Positions 59,409 through 64,000 of a DNA stretch of 64,000 nucleotides are shown in pieces. Within the stretch, counting starts at the first letter, position 1. Each line of letters begins with the position of its first letter. The notes below the pieces were generated by a model. That model was not told where the DNA came from. It saw only the letters and a list, made by a program, of their open reading frames with translations, and did not search any database. The DNA is taken from assembly GCA_047967505.1 (NCBI GenBank), contig CM106538.1, one strand, 5' to 3'. The stretch is from Dipteris shenzhenensis (taxonomy: Eukaryota). A program made the translations under genes and the position numbers.

Positions 59409-62400
59409 TGTGAAGATCCACACTTTTCGAAAATGCAAATGTGCGTAATGCATGCAGAATTTGAATGCCGATTGGCCCTCCAATGGGGAAGAGCGCCCTC
59501 GTGAGTGAGTGCGAAAAGTAGTCTTATGTTCATCCCCAGCTTTCATACGAAGTTGATGATAACCAGATTTCAAATCCAATTTGCTAAAAACTTTAGCACC
59601 TTTAAGCATATCCAATAAATCATCCACTCTTGGAATCGGATACTGGTTCTTAATCGTAAGTTTATTCAAAGCACGGTAATCTATACACATACGACATGAT
59701 TCATCCTTCTTCTTAACCAATAATACAGGTGCTCCAAATGGAGAACTGCTTGGTCGAATTAGGCCTTTTTGCAACAGATCTTCAATTTGTTTTTCTACCT
59801 CCTCCATTTCTATCCTGTTCATCCTATATGGGGCTCTACATGGAGGAGAAGCTCCTGGCTCTAAGTCTATGGCATGATCATCTTCTCTCTCCATAGGCAA
59901 TTCGAATGAGTCATCTCTTGAAAATCGATCCTCATAAGCTCTAAGGAACTCATTTCTCTTCCGATCTTCTTTTGAGATATGAAGATCTCGTGAATCCCGT
60001 ATATACACAAGATTACAATCTACCCCTCTTTTTACCAATCTTTTCGCTTGGGTAGGAGTAATCAATGGAATTGTATACACGTCCCGATCCCCTACAATCC
60101 TTATGTTTTCATCCTTGTGTACGAAGCAACAATGATGAGTATGAGGATGAATAGCAGGGTTAAAATCATACCGCCATGGTTTACCTAGAATCATGTCAAC
60201 GTCTTGTAAAGGGGCTACTAGAAAATCCCTTCGATCTCTATATTTTTGTATACGAAAAGGAATATTTCGTACTATGGATGTGTCTTCTTCATTGTGTCCC
60301 CTAAAAGCTCCTAAAAGCGACATGTTTTTTATAGGTTCTGGTTTAAGATGGAGTAATTTTGCCAATCTATCACTTACTAAGTCATAATTACATCCATCAT
60401 CTAGGAGAACCACTATTCTCTGTCCATTCACGAATCCATACACCTTAAAAAGATCATGAGGCCCAAAGGTATTGGCTGAATGGACAGCATTCACTATTGG
60501 CTCAATAGTCACAGTAGATTTCGAGGGTGACAAGGTAGAAGCCTCACCCTCCTGCTTGGATGCCTTGGCTTTCCCTTTTACTGAATTTGTCTTGGCAATC
60601 TTAGCCAAGAGAACGGGACACTTATGCCATACGTGCCCTGGCTTATGTTTCTTACAACCGAAACATTTTCCTTCCTTAATCAACTTCCTCTTCTCTTCGT
60701 CAGTCATAGAAGGAAATGACACCCATCCAGGACGTGATTGGCTGTTCACATTCCTTACAAGAGCTTTACCCTTCCCTTTATTATTCTTAAACCGGTTTGG
60801 TTTCCTAAAAGTGGGTATATTATTGGTCTTAGATGATGACCCATACTCCTTATTGAAGGGTTTACGAGGATTTAATTTTCTCTCGGCTATTTCAGCCAGC
60901 TTAGTGAGGTCCTTAAGCGTGGTCGGGTTAAACATTTCAACCTCGTACCTTACTTTTGGGCTTAAAGCTGCTAAATACTTCTTTCTCCTATCTTCCTCAC
61001 TCTTTTCGGGTAACTCTAGAGAGAGTTTCCAAAATCTGGTTGTAAAATCTGCATTACTCTCATTATCGAACTGCCTAAACCTCTCCCAACGAAAGGTTAG
61101 GTTCTCTTCATGCCTCGGTGGCATGAAAGTGGTTTTCAGTTGCTCCACAAATTTAGCCCATTCATGAATAGGCTCTTTTCCTGTCTGTGACAAGGACCAC
61201 CACATTAGAGCATCCTTCTGCAGATGCAATGTGGCAAGAGCAAGCTTCTCTTGCTCGGTCTTGTCTTGATGGGCAAAGTATAGCTCAAAATGACGAATCC
61301 AATTGAGGATTTTGTCAGCCTCCCTTGCCCCATCATATTTGGGGAACTCAATTCTCTCTCGCGGTTGGAATTTGGACCTCTTAGAAGGGTTACTCAACTC
61401 TTCATCCCCGAAGTTTAAAGTCCTCTTAGTCCCTAATCTTGTCATAATGGATTGCTCAATCATATTGCTAAGCTGGAAAACCAGCTTATCAACAGGAGTC
61501 TCCTCTCTTCCTCTTGCACTTGGATTAGAATCCATGTGTATTGGGTTTTGAGTTGAAGGCGTGAACTCATCACCTTGTTCTTGGCTGGTCTCATTTCTTC
61601 TTTCATTACGAAAGGAGAACTCCCTATCAGTAGGTTCTTGAAGGAGAGACTGCTGTAAATCTATTTGTGGGTTATCATACTCAAGATGTGTATAACTCTC
61701 ACCTAATCCATCCTCTTCAAGAGGGGGTGAAGGTGTTCTTTCTCTCTCTCCTTGGGGTAATGGAGGAAAAGGAATAAGTTCATTGTTATATGTCCCTTCC
61801 CCTTCCATTCTTTCCTTTTATTAATACAAGAGAGAAAATGTCTTGCTGTAATTTCAAAAAAGAAGGTTTATTTTACAGCAAACTTCAAGTGTTGTAGAGG
61901 TGGTGGTACTTATCCGACTCCCGCTTCGTTTGTGTTGAGAAGACACTTAAAATGACCTCCTTTCCCTTCTTTTTCAAGCTTTTCTTCTTGTATTTCTGCT
62001 GTAAACTGGTACGCTCCGTTTGGGCTACTTGTTTTGAGCGGATTGGAGCTCTAGATACCGTTATAGGGGGTACTTGATGGGTGGATCACTTCCTTAAAAT
62101 CTTATTCCGATCCGACTTCCGGTTGTGTAGAACGGGAATCCCTTTTTCTCACGGTTTAAGGGTACATTCACATGGGAGGGGGGATGGGGGGGGGGAAAGA
62201 GAACACCCCGTTCGCCGTTCGCCGTTGAAGGCCAAAATTTTTCAGAAAAAATCCCTTGTCTCAGAACCTCGAGATTGGTCAGTCGTGATCCTTTTCCGCC
62301 AACCTCTCTTGCGAAATCCGTCATTCGCAACTGTCGCCCTCTTCTCGTCCCGCTCGTGGATCGTCGCCGCTCTGATACCAAATGTGAAGATCCACACTTT

Positions 62401-62906
62401 TCGAAAATGCAAATGTGTGTAATGCATGCAGAATTTGAATGCCGATTGGCCCTCCAATGGGGAAGAGCGCCCTCGTGAGAGTACTTATTTCTTTTTCGAT
62501 CTACATGCAAGGTGGGAGAGAGATGACGGATGAATGCAATGTGGTAGAAAGAATGCTACGTGAGATTCACAATGAAAGGGTGATACCCTTTCATTAATGT
62601 CCCTTGAGATCACTCAAGTTCCATCTTCCCATTTACACCTACCCTTAGCCTATGACCCATGCACCTACCATTCAATGCACTCTAATGCACCCTTTCCCTT
62701 TCCTATTGCCCCTAGGACCTAGACACGTGTGTGCACATCTTTATTACTAATCATTGGCCAATGTTACATAGTTTTGGCGGTACTATTTACACCGCTTGAT
62801 CGATCATAAATACAAACATATAACCGCAGCATCAAATTGGCGCCTAACAATAATAAAGTTCTAATGACTATTAATTAACTAAATAATCATTTCTCTTGTC
62901 ATGACA
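59409..62906 (-). mobile_element. Young Ty3/Gypsy element C with a large 3' internal deletion, inserted in the Copia RT
   Basis: 5' LTR 62383-62906, PBS GCTCTGATACCA 62369-62380, 97-bp 3' LTR remnant 59409-59505 (one mismatch to the 5' LTR), TSD TTCAG on both sides. Confidence 0.95.
59506..61808 (-). CDS. Gypsy gag-protease-RT (N-half) polyprotein, uninterrupted but truncated by deletion
   Basis: FPKYDG, DALMWW, CFGC..PGH..C, LLDDG...[52 protein letters not shown]. Confidence 0.92.
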
Positions 62907-64000
62907 TTCAGTTGGACTGTTGTGCAGCCCCTTGCTGGTCAAAAAGGCATGAATTTTTGCATACCATGCACGTGGGGCTTGTTTCAGTCCATACAAAGCT
63001 TTATTCAGCTTGCATACTTGAAGTGCATTTCCTGAAATTTCAAACCCTGGAGGTTGTTTGACATAAACCTCTTCCAACAAGTGTCCATTAAGGAAGGCTG
63101 TTTTTATGTCCAAATGATGAACATTCCATTGAAAATTTGCAGCCATTGCTATAACTGACCGCATGGTTGTCATTCTGGATGTAGGAGCAAAAGTCTCCTC
63201 ATAGTCTATGCCCTTTCTCTGAGCATATCCTTTTGCAACCAGCCTTGCCTTGTACCGATCAATGGTGCCATCTGGCTTTCTTTTAACTTTGAAAACCCAT
63301 CGTGTACCTATGGCATGTTTACCTGGTGGCAAATCGACAACTTCCCATGTCTGATTTTTCTGAATGGACTGCAACTCATCGTGCATGGCATTCATCCAAT
63401 GCACATTATCCTGTGCCTCTTCAAATGTCTCAGGTTCCTCCTCATCAATAAGAGTACCTGCGTAAGCTGATTCAACTGAAAGAGCACCTCCCCCATGCCT
63501 TACTGCACTTCGAGTTCTGCCACGTAATGGAGCATCAATTTTACTCTCCTTGAGAGTTTGTAACAGCCAATTTGGGACTGTTTTTGCTGCATGTATATCT
63601 GCAATTTCTTGCTGAACAACCTCTTCCATGGCTTGTGGAGGTGGTAAGACATCCTGTGGCTGAATCAGAGCATGTGGAGGTATCTGAAAATTTGCATCAG
63701 ATACATCAGCAGGGGAACCCAAGGCAATGGGTAGTAACCCCTCAAAGACATCATCGGAAGAAGAAGGCAAATCAAATTCAGCTTGAGTATGAGCTGAATT
63801 TTCTGAAAATATAACATCTCTACTGACAATAATCTTGCGTGTGACAGGATTGTAGAGACGGTAGCCCTTGCTCTCTGCACTGTACCCAACAAAAATGCAT
63901 TTGATTGCCTTATCAGATAACTTATGCCGAAACTCAACGGGCACATGAGCATATGCAAGGCATCCAAAGACACGGAAATGATCCACAGAAGGCTTTCTTC
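62907..64000 (-). mobile_element. Copia pol (integrase C-terminus to RT), open frame, continues off the right edge
   Basis: FRVFGCLAY...CIFVGYS..SKGYRLY, EPETFEEA, YKARLVAKGYAQ, DIKTAFLNG, KALYGLKQAPRAW. Confidence 0.95.

Noticed and set aside
60472-61551. Long + strand ORFs (231 and 82 aa)
   Set aside because: Antisense shadows of the Gypsy gag frame.
62047-62060. Second PBS-like motif (GCTCTAGATACCG) in the Gypsy C leader
   Set aside because: Imperfect match with no adjacent LTR end; it may be chance.

Overview
Eukaryotic, repeat-rich land-plant DNA. The very long TE-filled introns and the L1/Copia/Gypsy mix suggest a large-genome non-flowering plant such as a fern (inference). Two host genes lie on the + strand. 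One is the last coding exon of phosphomevalonate kinase (8983-9255), preceded by an apparent intron of >8.9 kb. The other is exons 1-4 of a tRNA (guanine26-N2) dimethyltransferase, TRM1 (29137-29277, 57475-57765, 58133-58220, 58300-58421). TRM1 intron 1 is 28,197 bp and holds a stack of nested retrotransposons; intron 4 runs off the window. Almost everything else is retroelement sequence: several L1-type LINEs, RTE-like microsatellite-associated LINE fragments, Copia and Gypsy elements (several with resolvable LTRs, PBS, PPT and TSDs), a gag-only TR-GAG-type element and solo LTRs. The most interesting observations are: (1) an unrecognised, conserved ~150-200 aa domain at the C-terminus of L1 ORF1 in three copies from two divergent families; (2) two diverged copies of an unrecognised ORF resembling retroelement accessory proteins; (3) a Gypsy element whose PBS matches tRNA-Glu; (4) several LINE rearrangements: a GATC-bounded internal inversion, a possible twin-priming inversion, and a fold-back at the RT YADD motif. 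No prokaryotic system, CRISPR array, rRNA or tRNA gene was found. All alignments were made by eye, and coordinates of degraded fragments are approximate.
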